NCBI GenBank assembly: GCA_020850835.1
Contig: JADZDX010000037.1
Location: 17,044-81,043 of the forward strand
Length of the DNA: 64,000 bases
Direction of reading: 5' to 3'
Origin: Fimbriimonadaceae bacterium
GTDB taxonomy: Bacteria; Armatimonadota; Fimbriimonadia; Fimbriimonadales; Fimbriimonadaceae
The notes below the pieces were generated by a model, which saw only the letters and a program-made list of their open reading frames with translations, was not told where the DNA came from and did not search any database. Each line of letters opens with the position of its first letter. The first letter of the stretch is position 1. Positions 63,914 through 64,000 of this stretch are shown here, piece after piece. Position numbers and translations under genes: made by a program.

Positions 63914-64000
63914 TTAGAGAGCGTGACCGGCAACGCTGCAAGTTGGGTCTGAACCCACGTTACCAACGGTGTACGTACCACCACTTGGGCACTGAGGCAT
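63914..64000 (-). CDS. 3' end of a probable (major) pilin gene continuing beyond the window
   Basis: The minus frame is open from the window edge to the TAA at 63914: '...PQCPSGGTYTVGNVGSDPTCSVAGHAL*'. It has paired cysteines near the C-terminus (a disulfide loop like the pilin D-region). Too short to appear in the ORF track. Confidence 0.4.
   Translation of the reverse strand: MPQCPSGGTYTVGNVGSDPTCSVAGHAL

Noticed and set aside
1-64000. CRISPR arrays, insertion sequences, prophage or integrase genes, rRNA
   Set aside because: Reading both strands, I noticed no regularly spaced direct repeats, no transposase, integrase or recombinase-like ORFs, and no rRNA-like segments. A computational repeat search would be needed to exclude short or degenerate repeats.

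Overview
This 64 kb window is a gene-dense bacterial chromosomal segment of mid-to-high GC with about 60 protein genes and 2 tRNAs. I saw no rRNA, CRISPR array, transposase or integrase. Most genes are housekeeping: rimI-tsaD, glyA, ahcY, rpmE (type B), etfBA, nadE, ppdK, guaB, phhA, trmFO, leuB, carA, surE and asd. Between them sit envelope and accessory functions.

The type IV pilus machinery appears in two places. One is pilB-HDOD-pilT at 13.0-17.7 kb. The other is a minor-pilin operon at 60.3-64.0 kb that runs off the right edge.

Several genes look related to peptidoglycan turnover: an AmpG-like permease, a beta-lactamase-fold serine hydrolase, an LD-carboxypeptidase, a NodB deacetylase and a PAP2 phosphatase. 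There are also several exported thioredoxin-fold proteins and secreted peptidases, one carrying a PEP-CTERM anchor.

The items I consider most worth follow-up are:
- an orphan Pup-ligase/deamidase (PafA/Dop) homologue with no Pup, Mpa or proteasome neighbours;
- an 895-aa secreted protein built from about 13 copies of an undescribed ~26-aa 'G-x-D-x-Y' repeat followed by HEAT repeats;
- a PilT ATPase with a ~320-aa acidic low-complexity N-terminal extension, translationally coupled to a stand-alone HDOD protein;
- a good candidate SAH riboswitch in the ahcY leader;
- a carA-radC-translin-like chain linked by ATGA overlaps;
- an esterase gene broken by a frameshift at a homopolymer.

The PEP-CTERM anchor, the many prepilin-like genes, the Pup-ligase homologue and the shuffled operon content suggest a non-proteobacterial diderm such as Armatimonadota or a PVC-like lineage. 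That lineage is only an inference.

All calls rest on reading the translated ORFs and the DNA by eye. No database search was run.
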